From a virus: a stretch of 64,000 nucleotides of DNA. The position numbers and the translations under genes were made by a program. The DNA is taken from the IMG/VR virus record IMGVR_UViG_3300047095_000535, positions 19,708 to 83,707 of that record. One strand, 5' to 3'. Positions 29,805 through 40,436 of this stretch are shown piece by piece; position 1 is the first letter of the stretch; every line of letters starts with the position of its first letter. Under the pieces are notes generated by a model. The model saw only the letters and a program-made list of their open reading frames with translations. It ran no database searches and had not been told where the DNA came from.

Positions 29805-31202
29805 ATGAAGTTAAGCGTATCAAAGGATGCAGACCCTAACTACCTTGCGGTTGTTGTAACTATTCCCGAAATCAAGCCTCACCCCAACGCAGACAAGTTG
29901 AGTTGTGTGGAGATTTTCGGGAATAGCATCATCATCGCCAAGGATATGTATGCGGTTGGTGAGAAGGTCGTGTATTTCCCGGTGGAATCATGCTTGAAAC
30001 CCGAGTTTTTGTCTTGGGCGAATCTGTTTGACAAACCGGAGCTGAATGCGGATGAAAAGACCAAGGGGTTTTTCCATGTCAAGGGTTGTCGTGTCAAAGC
30101 GATCAATCTGCGGCAGATGCCCTCTCAGGGATTTCTATACAAGACCGAACAACTGGCCAAGTACTATAAGATTTCCGATTCGGAGTTTAAAGTCGGGGAA
30201 TCCTTTGATACGGTGGGCGACCACCAATTAGTTACCAAATACATTAGACCGGAGAGTAACAGTGGTCAACAGAACTTCAAGAAGAGTAAGATCCCAGCAT
30301 GGGTGAACAACACTCTAGGATATCTTCCTAGACCCGTTCGTAGGATGGTATATCCGCCTATCAAGTGGTACTACAAGGTGGATGCCCAAGAGGGGTTCAA
30401 ATCCAGAATTGTCGAAGGGCAGTTTCATTACCACTATAAAACCGAGCATCTTGGCAAGAATATCTTCGCGCTGAATCCGGATGATAATATCACGATTACC
30501 CACAAGTGTCATGGTACATCCGCAATTTATGGAAACCTGCTTTGTAAGAGAAACCTGTCCCTTCTGGACAGATTATATAAGGCTTGTGGAAAAGCGGTAA
30601 AAGAAACTGAGTATAGATTGGTATACTCTTCTCGTTCCGTGGTCAAAAACCGGAAGGATGGAAGATACACGGACGATCTATGGGGTAAACACGCGGAAGA
30701 ATTGGAAGGTAGGATTCCAGAGGGGTACACCGTGTACTCCGAGATTGTTGGATGGGCGTCTTCCGGTAAAATGATCCAGAAGGACTACGACTATGGTATT
30801 ACTAGAGGCGAGTCCGAGCTTTGGGTGTATAGAATCACTCATACCGATGCCGAAGGGGTGATCAAAGAATTGTCTTGGAACGCTATCGATGTTTTCTGCA
30901 CCGAGTATGAACTGAAGATGGTCCCGGTTATTTGGGACGGATTCGACGGAGACGCCAAGGATGTTTTTCCTGATATCGTCATAGATGACAACTGGAGGGA
31001 TAACTTCCTACACAGGCTCAAGGAAACTTACCTAGACAAACCATGCGCGTTCTGCTCTACTGGCGTAGTCGGGGAGGGTATCGTGGTTAAAATCAATTCC
31101 AAGGAAGCTAAACCAGCGTTGAAGTTCAAATCTCCTTTATTCACAATTAAAGAATCGTCTGCTAGAGACGCAGGAGAAGTTGACATGGAGGAGGAAAGCT
31201 AA
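29805..31202 (+). CDS. RNA ligase (DRB0094/Rnl2-like, N-terminal OB domain)
   Basis: 'IKPHPNADKL', motif I 'ITHKCHGTS', 'YSEIVG', 'EGIVVK', 'LKFKS'. Confidence 0.85.
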   Translation: MKLSVSKDADPNYLAVVVTIPEIKPHPNADKLSCVEIFGNSIIIAKDMYAVGEKVVYFPVESCLKPEFLSWANLFDKPELNADEKTKGFFHVKGCRVKAINLRQMPSQGFLYKTEQLAKYYKISDSEFKVGESFDTVGDHQLVTKYIRPESNSGQQNFKKSKIPAWVNNTLGYLPRPVRRMVYPPIKWYYKVDAQEGFKSRIVEGQFHYHYKTEHLGKNIFALNPDDNITITHKCHGTSAIYGNLLCKRNLSLLDRLYKACGKAVKETEYRLVYSSRSVVKNRKDGRYTDDLWGKHAEELEGRIPEGYTVYSEIVGWASSGKMIQKDYDYGITRGESELWVYRITHTDAEGVIKELSWNAIDVFCTEYELKMVPVIWDGFDGDAKDVFPDIVIDDNWRDNFLHRLKETYLDKPCAFCSTGVVGEGIVVKINSKEAKPALKFKSPLFTIKESSARDAGEVDMEEES

Positions 31203-31441
31203 TGAGTACTCTAAAGCTAGTAAAAATTAAAACAATCTGCGGATGCGAAGGATGGGCGGGCTTTTTCGGCTATAATGAAAACGGTGATCAACCGGAATGT
31301 AACGCGGACGTTGTATTGGAGGTAGAGGAAGATTGTCTTTATGAAGAAGATGGAAGACTCTACTTGGCTTATGATGAGACTTGTCCGGTATGTGGGGGCA
31401 ACTTGGTATGGCCCCAAGAGTGGGAGATAGTGAAGGAGTAA
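31202..31441 (+). CDS. Small Zn-ribbon-like protein
   Basis: CxC, C and CPVC cysteines. Confidence 0.55.
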   Translation: MSTLKLVKIKTICGCEGWAGFFGYNENGDQPECNADVVLEVEEDCLYEEDGRLYLAYDETCPVCGGNLVWPQEWEIVKE

Positions 31442-31456
31442 TAACAAGGAAGTACT

Positions 31457-31747
31457 ATGGATAGAATATACTGTGGCCATACAAAGTTGATTTTTTATAG
31501 AAACCCCAACGGAAGGGTAGTTTGTTATTCTGATTCCGGAGACTCTCTCTCTTTATTGATGGACACTGGTCATGACGTTCCATATATAGTGAATAAACGG
31601 GCAAAAGTCCCAAGAGTGAAGTATAAATGTTGTTCGGTTTCACCGGAACCTTTATATGATCATTATTGGTGGATGGAAACGCTTCGAAATAATCCCGTTC
31701 CCGAGTATAAACATCAGCCAAAATCATTTAGGTGGGATCTCGACTGA
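31457..31747 (+). CDS. Hypothetical protein
   Basis: 96-aa ORF in operon. Confidence 0.5.
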   Translation: MDRIYCGHTKLIFYRNPNGRVVCYSDSGDSLSLLMDTGHDVPYIVNKRAKVPRVKYKCCSVSPEPLYDHYWWMETLRNNPVPEYKHQPKSFRWDLD

Positions 31748-31778
31748 AGAGAGATAAACACTAGGATATCATATGACC

Positions 31779-32258
31779 ATGACGACAACAAAAACTTGCT
31801 CACACCCCTTTCAGATAGACGGGGAACCGTGTGGAATGTGTGAGTTATTAAACACCGCGCCTTCGGGCTTGAGAATGTATTTTTTTGTAATGGGGAATAT
31901 ATCTGGTCGGCAACAGGGTATTCAAGCGGGTCATGCCGCACTGGAATATGCTCGTAAGTATGGCCACCAAAAACAGTATCAGGAATTTGTAGACCTTGAC
32001 AAGACTTTTATCCTGTTGGATGGGGGCGGTTCCCGGGATATGGTGACTAGGGTTCAGGAGTTGTTTGTACACGGCATACAACATGTCACCTTCAGTGAAC
32101 CCGATCTAAGCAATTCTATAAGCGCAATCGCGTTCATCGTTCCCGAGGTTATATACAACTTCGACGTTCAGGCGTATTGTGATGGCGATCCACGCTACCC
32201 CGAGGAAAATTACACCATCTTTCAATACTTAAGATCATTTAAACTGGCGAGCAACTAA
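31779..32258 (+). CDS. Peptidyl-tRNA hydrolase type 2-like protein
   Basis: 'ISGRQQGIQAGHAALEY..TFILL..FSEPDLSNSISAIAF'. ATG 31779 is 24 nt after the promoter motif. Confidence 0.7.
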   Translation: MTTTKTCSHPFQIDGEPCGMCELLNTAPSGLRMYFFVMGNISGRQQGIQAGHAALEYARKYGHQKQYQEFVDLDKTFILLDGGGSRDMVTRVQELFVHGIQHVTFSEPDLSNSISAIAFIVPEVIYNFDVQAYCDGDPRYPEENYTIFQYLRSFKLASN

Positions 32259-32259
32259 T

Positions 32260-32487
32260 ATGTCCAGATTCAACCTCAACAACGGCGTTACCCATGAGAA
32301 GCATGGGGATGGGCATGTCATCGCGACTGGCGATAGAGTATATGTTCGTTTCTTGTCCGGTGTGGTTGAGGTATGTTCGGAAGACGAGCTGATATCCAAT
32401 CCCAAGATTGGTCTTACTAGGAGTTTTAACAGGGGAAAGCGTCAATACGGAGTTTTTTCCAAGAAAGGGAGTAGAAAATATGAGTGA
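32260..32487 (+). CDS. Hypothetical protein (SH3-like?)
   Basis: 'VTHEKHGDGHVI..VYVRF' pattern. Confidence 0.5.
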   Translation: MSRFNLNNGVTHEKHGDGHVIATGDRVYVRFLSGVVEVCSEDELISNPKIGLTRSFNRGKRQYGVFSKKGSRKYE

Positions 32488-32653
32488 GGGTTCTTGTAAA
32501 ACAATGAGGGTGATGGCTAAGGAAGCGATTGATAATACTGATTGGGATTCTTATTGGAAAAAGGTGGACGTGGAAGTTGCCAAAGATGCGGAGGCGTATA
32601 GAGAGTCTAGACGAAGGTCTGTAAAGGATATGAACAATATAGTACTAGACTAA
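32480..32653 (+). CDS. Hypothetical protein
   Basis: Likely start 'MSEGSC', overlapping the previous stop. Confidence 0.45.
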   Translation: MSEGSCKTMRVMAKEAIDNTDWDSYWKKVDVEVAKDAEAYRESRRRSVKDMNNIVLD

Positions 32654-33513
32654 TATCTATTTGGATGTTTTTCATAATAATTAATAATATATGTTTCCAT
32701 TTCTTGAAGCTTCTCCAATTTTCTTGTTAGGTAACAATCTTCCATATCGGTGTATAGAAAGTTTTTAATTTTTAGTATATCCTTCCTATCGTTAATCGTA
32801 TATTTAAAAATCGATTTCTTAGTTAAAATCTTAGTGTTGGAACGTAGTTGTAACGTGTCTTGTAAATAATTTTTAATAAATGAACATATGCTATATGTTC
32901 CCAAAAAGGAAATAGACGTCGAGGTTTGACTTTTATATGTTTTAATAAACGCACAACCATCTCCATCAAAATATCCTCTAATAAAATGTTTTATATAATA
33001 TGGTTCTAGGCTTGGTGGTTTAAGGGTGAAGGTTTTATTATCATGCAATCCTTGCTTACGGGCGTTTTCATAAAATCCTTTACTATATATTTGTAACAGC
33101 TTTTGGTTTTGGTGATTTTTTGATGCCCCTTTTCGAAAAAGAATTGGTCCGTTAAACTCACAATAAAACGATAGTCGTTCTAAAATATATGAGTCCCTCT
33201 CTTGTAATCCTATTTTAACTCTATAACCATCTTTTGTTTTGGATATATTTCCATCGGCGTATAATAACCCTAGAAAGTAAGCTTTGTCTATACTATTAAT
33301 ATCATTAAAATATTCTTCATTTAAGGTATATCGCCTACGAGGTGGTCTCAGTGCTACTCGGTATCTTTTTAAATTGCTGATAACGGTTGGAACGGGTATG
33401 TCCAACTGAGTAGATATCTCTTTAGTAGTTCGTCCTTCTTCATATAAAGAGATTATACTCTTTACAGACTCAATTCCCAACTTTTTACATGATCGTTTTC
33501 TCCTAATGTTCAT
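32650..33513 (-). mobile_element. Free-standing LAGLIDADG homing endonuclease gene with N-terminal HTH
   Basis: 'KAYFLGLLYADGNI' and 'HFIRGYFDGDG'; AT-rich; antisense; own TAAATA promoter at 33519-33524. Confidence 0.85.
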
Positions 33514-33544
33514 TTATATATTTAACCAAACCGAATAGATTTTT

Positions 33545-34246
33545 ATGGAAACATACCAAATTATTACCGACGAGAAGGCTTTGAGAGAGTACATTGACTG
33601 GCTTCCTGATTGTCAAGAACATGAACAATTTTATCTGACTTTATTCGCTAGAAAAAAGTATTGCCCGTCAGTTAAATGGATTAAAAGCGATAAAGGACAG
33701 CTTTGTAGAAAAACGTCTAAAAAAGAGTTTATTTTTGATAAGATCGCACAGATGGAATGTAAGCTCGGTGCTTATAAGATGGACGGAAATCCAGTTCCTC
33801 AAGAAGCGTTAGCGTGTTATATCAGCGTATCTCCAAGAGATTTATGGAAGGCTACAGTGCGTAGCATTGGGCAATTGGCGAAGGTATTGGAGTGTAATGG
33901 AAAGAACTCCAATCCCCATCAGGAGGTAATGAGTGAAATCCAGCGGGTTCCCGGTACCCGGAAGTTTGTAATGTTCGATATCGACGAGAAGAACGATGAT
34001 GTTTTAAGAGAGGTTGTCTCTACCGTGGATGGATATTGTGATGTGGTGGAAACCCGTGGAGGGTACCATGTCTTCGTTCGCAAGGACTCTATCGACAAGA
34101 TCACTGATAAGATGTGGTATAAGAAGATCGCGAACCATTCCGACGTTACAGGCGATGCCATGTCCGTCCCATGTGGGACTTTTCAAGGGGGCCACACTCC
34201 CAAGTTTGTATACAAGTATAGAGAGGCACCATATGATACCGATTGA
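33545..34246 (+). CDS. Hypothetical protein with AEP/primase-like motifs
   Basis: 'VMFDID' (DxD) and 'VETRGGYHVF' (T/SxxGxH). Confidence 0.5.
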   Translation: METYQIITDEKALREYIDWLPDCQEHEQFYLTLFARKKYCPSVKWIKSDKGQLCRKTSKKEFIFDKIAQMECKLGAYKMDGNPVPQEALACYISVSPRDLWKATVRSIGQLAKVLECNGKNSNPHQEVMSEIQRVPGTRKFVMFDIDEKNDDVLREVVSTVDGYCDVVETRGGYHVFVRKDSIDKITDKMWYKKIANHSDVTGDAMSVPCGTFQGGHTPKFVYKYREAPYDTD

Positions 34247-34415
34247 TATTGACACTAATACGTTTAGACGTAGATCAAAGATTTCTATTATGTATGTTTG
34301 CCTTTGGGTTTACTTACCATTTGCAATGGTTGCTGCATGGAACACCCTTAGAGGTCCATCAGGAGCGGAATATGATGTTTGTGGTATGAGGAACGATCTA
34401 ATGAAATACTGGTAA

Positions 34416-34687
34416 TGAAAGATGTAGTATATACTAGTTTTTACGAGTTACAACAGGTCTTAGAATCTGTTTCATCGGGGCATTATGAATATAATGATAG
34501 GTATGCCGAATACGCTTGTGCTTATTGTGGGGGCAACCAGCATTGGCGAGACGCCACGGAAGAGGCTCAAGATGGTTCTATGCATAGGCCGGATTGTATT
34601 AGGTTGGTTGCACAGAGGTTATTAGAAGAAACTGTTTTAATCGAGCCAGAGGAACCTATAGAAAATGAAAGCCAACATGACAGTTGA
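34416..34687 (+). CDS. Hypothetical protein (CxxC..H..C, Zn-binding?)
   Basis: 'CAYC..HRPDC'. Start uncertain: ORF track gives 34379, and 'MKDVVY' begins near 34415. Confidence 0.4.
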
Positions 34688-35084
34688 AAAGACATTAAAG
34701 CTGATACACCGTCTTACTGACAAGCTCAACGAGTTAAAGGGTAGTATAGACGATCAGGTGTGTAAGGCCGCGTTTAAATACGCCATGGCCGATCCTAGTA
34801 AGCATGGGAATCCTAGTCATGCCGCTGATTTTGGCAATAGGTGGGACGTGGAGAATCCACAGACAGTTTCATGTAAATGGGATGATAGTTGGTCCTATGA
34901 AGGGTATGATAGCGGAGAGATTTATGTTCCTATTGCCTTTATATATGACGAGCAGGCTTTAGACCAGTATGTGCAGAAGTGTACAGAGGATCGACTTTCA
35001 AAGGAAGAACAGCAACGCGAACTTGAGCTACGCAACAAAAAGAAGCTGCTCGAAAAGCTTAAGAAAGAACTTGGAGAATCATGA
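34665..35084 (+). CDS. Hypothetical protein with C-terminal coiled coil
   Basis: Ends 'KKKLLEKLKKELGES'. Confidence 0.6.
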   Translation: MKANMTVEKTLKLIHRLTDKLNELKGSIDDQVCKAAFKYAMADPSKHGNPSHAADFGNRWDVENPQTVSCKWDDSWSYEGYDSGEIYVPIAFIYDEQALDQYVQKCTEDRLSKEEQQRELELRNKKKLLEKLKKELGES

Positions 35085-35512
35085 AAGTTAAACTAATTAT
35101 AGCAGATGTGGTAACTACTGCCACATACAACCCTGACGACTATGACGATTACAGTGAGGTCTCTAAGATTTTTGCGGACGAATATAGTCAGTGGGAGGAA
35201 GTGGATGTGTATACACAGCTTGGCGACTTGAGGGGGTTCGTCTGTGATTTCAATACACAAGCTAGACAAACTAAGAGTCATAAGTTCGCTTTTATAGTGG
35301 AGGAGTCTACGCAGATCCCTATCAAATCCGCCCTCGCGGAAATGGTGGAGAAACGGAGAAAAGAACTAGAGGCGGCGAAAGCAGCGAGAGAAGAATATGA
35401 GAAGAGGGAAGCGGATAAAAAGAAGGCGAAGGCAATGAAAAAAGCCGCGAAGACTGAAGCAGAGCGAAAGAAGCTTTTAGAGGAACTGAAGAAGGAATTC
35501 GGGGAAGCTTGA
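35081..35512 (+). CDS. Hypothetical protein with C-terminal coiled coil
   Basis: Ends 'RKKLLEELKKEFGEA'. Confidence 0.6.
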   Translation: MKVKLIIADVVTTATYNPDDYDDYSEVSKIFADEYSQWEEVDVYTQLGDLRGFVCDFNTQARQTKSHKFAFIVEESTQIPIKSALAEMVEKRRKELEAAKAAREEYEKREADKKKAKAMKKAAKTEAERKKLLEELKKEFGEA

Positions 35513-35540
35513 GAGTTAAACACTAGGGTATAATCACAGT

Positions 35541-35741
35541 ATGAAACTACCTAAAGGCAAACCTACATTGGATCATTTAAACGACTACGCCAGTTTGTTT
35601 AGCTTTATTGGTAACGGGTTGGATTCGGCTAGAAATATACAAGGGTTGTCAAAAGGCGATAAGGAAGAACTTTGGGACATGGTGCTAACTTGCGCGAGAT
35701 GCTCTGCCGTGTTAGACAGAATAGAGATGCTTAACAGGTAA
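35541..35741 (+). CDS. Hypothetical protein
   Basis: ATG 24 nt after promoter motif with a perfect TATAAT. Confidence 0.6.
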   Translation: MKLPKGKPTLDHLNDYASLFSFIGNGLDSARNIQGLSKGDKEELWDMVLTCARCSAVLDRIEMLNR

Positions 35742-35746
35742 CAATT

Positions 35747-36151
35747 ATGATCAATATAAACGCATTTAATAACGTAATCACCGGGACGTTCGACGAATGT
35801 CATACTGCTTTCGATAAGGTTGTGGGAAAACTCGAAAAGAGGAGTTGGCCGCTTAATGGTGGTGGATGCGCGGAGGAATGGGTGTATTTTTCAATGTATG
35901 ACTATGTTGACAACGACAGCGTTGATGCGGGTGTTATATATCCTGATTTCGAGGCGAATCCGTTGATTACCGAAGGTACCTTGAAAGTGGTTATCGATGA
36001 TTGGCTTAATACGTCTGTGTTTTTAACCAATCCGAGAATAAACGATGTTTTCCGGTTTTTCGCGAACAACCACGACGGCCATCACGGGTTTCTTGAAGGA
36101 GTGTATTATAGTTACAATGATGGTGCGCTACACTTGATATCGGGATCATGA
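35747..36151 (+). CDS. Hypothetical protein
   Basis: 134-aa ORF. Confidence 0.6.
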   Translation: MININAFNNVITGTFDECHTAFDKVVGKLEKRSWPLNGGGCAEEWVYFSMYDYVDNDSVDAGVIYPDFEANPLITEGTLKVVIDDWLNTSVFLTNPRINDVFRFFANNHDGHHGFLEGVYYSYNDGALHLISGS

Positions 36152-36315
36152 ACATAATCGTTAAAACTTTTGAATGGATTAAAGGTATCGTCCTACCTAC
36201 TCCCAAACCGCCTATTAGATACGGTGGATGGCATTTTTGTTATGAGTGTGGGCAGATAGTGATGAACGGAACTCCACATACTTGTACTAAACGTAAACCA
36301 TAAAAACATAAACAT

Positions 36316-36510
36316 ATGATAATAACTATCTATTTTTTAATAAGTGCGGTGTTCGGGCTAGGGACATGGGTTTACATGGGAATGAACCCAATAGAAAGGT
36401 CGGCAGGTGGACTGGTTGTGATATCTATAGCTTGGCCGATTGTCCTTATTCTTGGGTTGGTTATAGGTTTTGACTACCTTATAAAAAAGAGCTTTACAAT
36501 TTTTGACTAA
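36316..36510 (+). CDS. Small membrane protein
   Basis: Two hydrophobic helices, 'WPI' motif. Confidence 0.55.
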   Translation: MIITIYFLISAVFGLGTWVYMGMNPIERSAGGLVVISIAWPIVLILGLVIGFDYLIKKSFTIFD

Positions 36511-36514
36511 TCAT

Positions 36515-36790
36515 ATGAAAGAAACTTTGAAACTAACAGGAGAACGAGGACAGGATATTGTATACGGATACGATGATGAGTATGTACTCGTAGAAGAGAA
36601 GATCGTAGGTACTTCGCGATGGTGTACTATCCATGAGATAGTAGTTAAAAGGGTTGAGGATGGGAAATTTTTCAAATCCGGGTATCGACAGGGGGCCACG
36701 GAAATACAGGACGAGCGGCCATATGAGTATGGTGATGCGTTATTTGAAGAGGTTTCTGCGGTGGAGAAAACGGTAATAGTTTACGAATAA
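36515..36790 (+). CDS. Hypothetical phage protein
   Basis: 'SRW..EIVV..GKFF..YRQGATEIQDERPYE' pattern common in phages; ATG at 36515. Confidence 0.6.
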   Translation: MKETLKLTGERGQDIVYGYDDEYVLVEEKIVGTSRWCTIHEIVVKRVEDGKFFKSGYRQGATEIQDERPYEYGDALFEEVSAVEKTVIVYE

Positions 36791-36809
36791 TAGAACACGA
36801 ACTAAAAAT

Positions 36810-37757
36810 ATGGGATGCTGGAACGGTACATGCGCGATTACGAATCTTCCGATTTATGCGGGGGAAAAGGTATATGTTTTCTTCTTGAGGGAAGGGGCGT
36901 TTTATGATAAATATATAGGCAATCATTGTGACCCTGATAACTACTATTCCCTAGACCCTCTATATTTTGAGGGGGAGTACAATGACTATGGATCGGTTGA
37001 AAACATCACCGGAGACCTTGTGGATGTCATATTAGATAGACTCAAAGACGAATTGGTGGAAATGGAACAGGGAGAGAATCAGTACCATGACGTCGAAGTT
37101 AAGAAAGAAGGGCTGACGTTGGAGAAGGTTCTTGACATAGACCATGAAAGTCGTCTGTTCGTGGTTGCTGATGGTTTTGATCAACAACACGGAGCGGATA
37201 AACAGCGGTTGACCCATATTACCATTCGCAAGGGGGTGTTGGATAGGATTCTTGAAACTTATAAATGGGAGAGTTACGTCGAAGTCTCAGACGGCAAATA
37301 CGAGGACGTGGTTATGTCTTTTTCCAGTCTTTATGACGAAGATATAATCGAGTCAATTAGACTGGACCTGCAAAAAGCTTGGGAAAGTAAGACCAAGTTT
37401 AGAGAAATGTACGTGGCATTTCCTGAGCTTATATTCTCGTCGGTAGAGTCGGCAGTTTGGAGAGGTATTATTGCAGGTCGTTCTAATGGTAATGGAATAG
37501 ATCGGCTGGCGTGTCGGCTGGCGAGTCAAATGTGTAATGATCCGATAAAGTTTAAAGCCCTAATGCGGCAGGTTTTAACCCGGGTATGGTTGAACCGGTT
37601 CTATAATGATAGTCGTAGAATGTGGTTCAAGCCATCAGGGTGCGGTAGTCAAAACTCTAACACCGAAGCACAACGAATTATCGCACAAGTTACTATGGAC
37701 GGTATTCAGGACATGAAGCAGTATGGTATTGATAACGGGTGGGAGGAAGATGAATAA
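36810..37757 (+). CDS. Hypothetical protein
   Basis: 315-aa ORF beginning 'MGCWNGTCAITNLPI..GEYNDYG'. Confidence 0.65.
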   Translation: MGCWNGTCAITNLPIYAGEKVYVFFLREGAFYDKYIGNHCDPDNYYSLDPLYFEGEYNDYGSVENITGDLVDVILDRLKDELVEMEQGENQYHDVEVKKEGLTLEKVLDIDHESRLFVVADGFDQQHGADKQRLTHITIRKGVLDRILETYKWESYVEVSDGKYEDVVMSFSSLYDEDIIESIRLDLQKAWESKTKFREMYVAFPELIFSSVESAVWRGIIAGRSNGNGIDRLACRLASQMCNDPIKFKALMRQVLTRVWLNRFYNDSRRMWFKPSGCGSQNSNTEAQRIIAQVTMDGIQDMKQYGIDNGWEEDE

Positions 37758-37984
37758 TGACAATAGAAGTACCAACAGAACTGGAAGAGGACTTTATCAA
37801 CTTTCTTATCGTATCCCTCAATATGTTCGCTGAAGACGAATTGACGATGATGACGGAATCGGAACGAGAGGTTATAGACTTTTTGGAGAACCTAGTCGGC
37901 AAGGGAAATATCGGTCGGTTTACTTCATTGGAGGATAAAAGCAAGGCCATGCGAATGATAACGTCTATAATGAATAGGGTATGA
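37757..37984 (+). CDS. Hypothetical protein
   Basis: Coupled ORF. Confidence 0.55.
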   Translation: MTIEVPTELEEDFINFLIVSLNMFAEDELTMMTESEREVIDFLENLVGKGNIGRFTSLEDKSKAMRMITSIMNRV

Positions 37985-38355
37985 AGAAGAAAACCGTAAA
38001 AAATAAAGAGGGCGACATGAAAGACCGGGAATATTTCGCGGCCTATATTGGACCTATTGATCGGGTGGAGTTGGATAAAACAAATCCTATGGGGGAGGGC
38101 AAGCTTCGATCCTATTTACAACAGGCGTTTCATGAGGTTGCGGGACATTGGGCGGATACGTGTTCTAGTGGATGGGGAGTTAAACCTGATATGATCCATC
38201 ATCTTAGTTTTGCCCATTGGGACGAAGATACTAAAAAAGGAGTAGTGGATTCTTACATTTGGGAAAGTAAAAAGATGCCTAGATGTGTTAAGGCATGGTA
38301 CCTGTTACTGGAATCCGAAGGGGTGTATAAGAAAGGGGATAATAAGGGATTATGA
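37981..38355 (+). CDS. Hypothetical protein
   Basis: Coupled ORF. Confidence 0.55.
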   Translation: MKKKTVKNKEGDMKDREYFAAYIGPIDRVELDKTNPMGEGKLRSYLQQAFHEVAGHWADTCSSGWGVKPDMIHHLSFAHWDEDTKKGVVDSYIWESKKMPRCVKAWYLLLESEGVYKKGDNKGL

Positions 38356-38972
38356 GACTGTTTTTAATTAGGCACGGCCAGTCCGAAGGCAACGTTGATA
38401 AAACCAAGTACTTTGAGAAGTTGGATTGTGAAATCGAACTTACGGAGTTGGGGGGTACCCAAGCGGTGACAGCGGCGTTGGATATAGCTGATTATTGTGA
38501 CGAGTCCCGATTTGCAGGCAACATATTCTACAGTCCATATATACGGGCGGAACAAACGGCCCATATCATATGTGATAAGCTGGAGAGCTATGGCAGCTAT
38601 GTTATATGTTATGAATGCGACCCGAGACTTCGTGAGAGGGAATGGGGAGGACTCAGGGACATTGTAATGTCTGGGCAGAAAACGGAAAGTCACTTCAATT
38701 TCTTCTATAGACCGGATGGAGGCGAGTCGTTCGCTGATTGTTATGATCGGGTGGCGTCTTTCCACCAATGGTTGCTTACTTATCACCCACAGGACGACAA
38801 TATCATTGTGGCGCATGGCGAGTTCAACAAGCTTTATGCGATGTATCTGATGCGGTGGACTTTGAAGGAATTTGATAAATGGAGGACTCCTAGAAACGGA
38901 GAAGTCATGTATTTCAATGACAGTGATTTAAGTGCGGAAACTCCACTCGCTCTAAAGGTCGATAAACACTAG
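38352..38972 (+). CDS. Histidine phosphatase (phosphoglycerate mutase-like)
   Basis: 'LIRHGQSEGN', 'SPYIRAEQTA', 'LREREWG', 'GGES', 'VAHG'. Confidence 0.9.
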   Translation: MRLFLIRHGQSEGNVDKTKYFEKLDCEIELTELGGTQAVTAALDIADYCDESRFAGNIFYSPYIRAEQTAHIICDKLESYGSYVICYECDPRLREREWGGLRDIVMSGQKTESHFNFFYRPDGGESFADCYDRVASFHQWLLTYHPQDDNIIVAHGEFNKLYAMYLMRWTLKEFDKWRTPRNGEVMYFNDSDLSAETPLALKVDKH

Positions 38973-38986
38973 GATATTATCAACAT

Positions 38987-39349
38987 GTGTCAACTGAACT
39001 TTACGCTATTACATTTAAGGAAACTGGAGAGGTTTTAAACGCCAAGTTGTTTTCACAGTATTGGAAGACCTATGGCGGCAGCCAGTTATACGGATGGAGA
39101 ATGCCGAAGAAGATATACACTACCTTGGGAAAAGCCAAGAGTGGATTCGCACATGTTCCATATGACTTGAAACCCCACTTGGAGATATCAATTTTCACTC
39201 GCTCGTCTGCTGTGATGGACGGAGAAACTCTGAGAGACGACCAAGAGGAACGACGGGCTAAGAAGGATCAAGCTAGAAAAGAACGTTTAGCTAAGTATAG
39301 ACTTAAACAGGCGCAAGAGGAACTGAATAAAGCACAAGCGGCGTTTTGA
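38987..39349 (+). CDS. Hypothetical protein
   Basis: GTG 24 nt after promoter motif. Confidence 0.6.
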   Translation: MSTELYAITFKETGEVLNAKLFSQYWKTYGGSQLYGWRMPKKIYTTLGKAKSGFAHVPYDLKPHLEISIFTRSSAVMDGETLRDDQEERRAKKDQARKERLAKYRLKQAQEELNKAQAAF

Positions 39350-39364
39350 AACAGAAGGGTACTA

Positions 39365-39898
39365 ATGTCTAAGAAGTTTTACGCGGGGATCGGGAGTCGT
39401 GAGACACCTACATATGTTCGGCGCGACTTGACCGAAATAGCGAGAATCTTGGAGGGAAGGGGATATACTTTAAGATCTGGAAACGCCATAGGCGCGGATC
39501 AGGCGTTTGCTATGGGCGCGAAAAACGCTCAAATATGGTTGCCATGGGCGGGATTTGAAAACGATTTCAAACTATGTTATCCTAATCATGATTATAGACT
39601 GGTTGATATATCCACGGATATGGAAGCGGTTGAATCGGTCCATAAGTTCCACAAGTCACCATATAGGTTGACCCCAAACGGGGTGTTTTTCATGCAACGG
39701 AATTATAGACAAGTGGTAGGGTTGAATGAACCCGATTCATTGTTTATCGTATGTTGGACTCCCGAGGGGGAAGAGACCGGAGGAACTGGTCAAGCTATTA
39801 GAATCGCGAAAAGCCTATATATACCTGTTTTTAATGTTTTTAATTCAACTGCCAAACAACTTTTTTCAGAAATCGATAAATTGGAGATGTTATCATGA
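39365..39898 (+). CDS. SLOG/DprA-like protein
   Basis: 'YAGIGSRETP..LRSGNAIGADQAF..QRN..GGTGQAIRIA..IPVFN'. Confidence 0.8.
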   Translation: MSKKFYAGIGSRETPTYVRRDLTEIARILEGRGYTLRSGNAIGADQAFAMGAKNAQIWLPWAGFENDFKLCYPNHDYRLVDISTDMEAVESVHKFHKSPYRLTPNGVFFMQRNYRQVVGLNEPDSLFIVCWTPEGEETGGTGQAIRIAKSLYIPVFNVFNSTAKQLFSEIDKLEMLS

Positions 39899-40413
39899 AT
39901 ATATTCACAAGCCCTTACTATAGGCACGATTCATGGAGACGAGTTAAGGCGTGGTTCAACCCTCGTCAAAAATGGCTGACCAAGGCGATTGGAAACACAT
40001 GGATGGATCTGGATGGGGTGATCGAGACTACTCTATTTGAATGTATCAAGAGATATGTTGAAGCGGAAGAAGGATTGATAAGGGATTGGACTGGAAAAGA
40101 ACTAGTAAAAGCTGAATTGGAAAGAGCGTATAAATATGCCAAACACGATAGACCTTTATTGCAAAAGGAGTTGGATGAGTCGTATCCTAAGTGTGTCGGG
40201 AACGGTGATATGTTTGCTCGCGTTGCTGTACCTATCGATAAAGGTGATGGCAAAACTAGCTGCTACTACCAAATGAAATCCTGCGAGGAGTTATATGGGA
40301 TGCCCTATGAAGAAGCTTATCGGGAAGTCAACAGACTGGAGCAGTTGATCAAAGAGACCGATGATGATATATTGGGTACCATCGTGAAGTATAGGGAATA
40401 TATGTGGACGTGA
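39895..40413 (+). CDS. Hypothetical protein
   Basis: 172-aa ORF ending 'YMWT'. Confidence 0.6.
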   Translation: MNIFTSPYYRHDSWRRVKAWFNPRQKWLTKAIGNTWMDLDGVIETTLFECIKRYVEAEEGLIRDWTGKELVKAELERAYKYAKHDRPLLQKELDESYPKCVGNGDMFARVAVPIDKGDGKTSCYYQMKSCEELYGMPYEEAYREVNRLEQLIKETDDDILGTIVKYREYMWT

Positions 40414-40436
40414 TAAACACTAGGCCATACTTCGGC

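Noticed and set aside
32650-33513. Group I intron or intein hosting the LAGLIDADG ORFs (also 50150-50878)
   Set aside because: The ORFs are antisense, abut complete neighbouring genes and leave no room for an intron core; no split host gene is evident.
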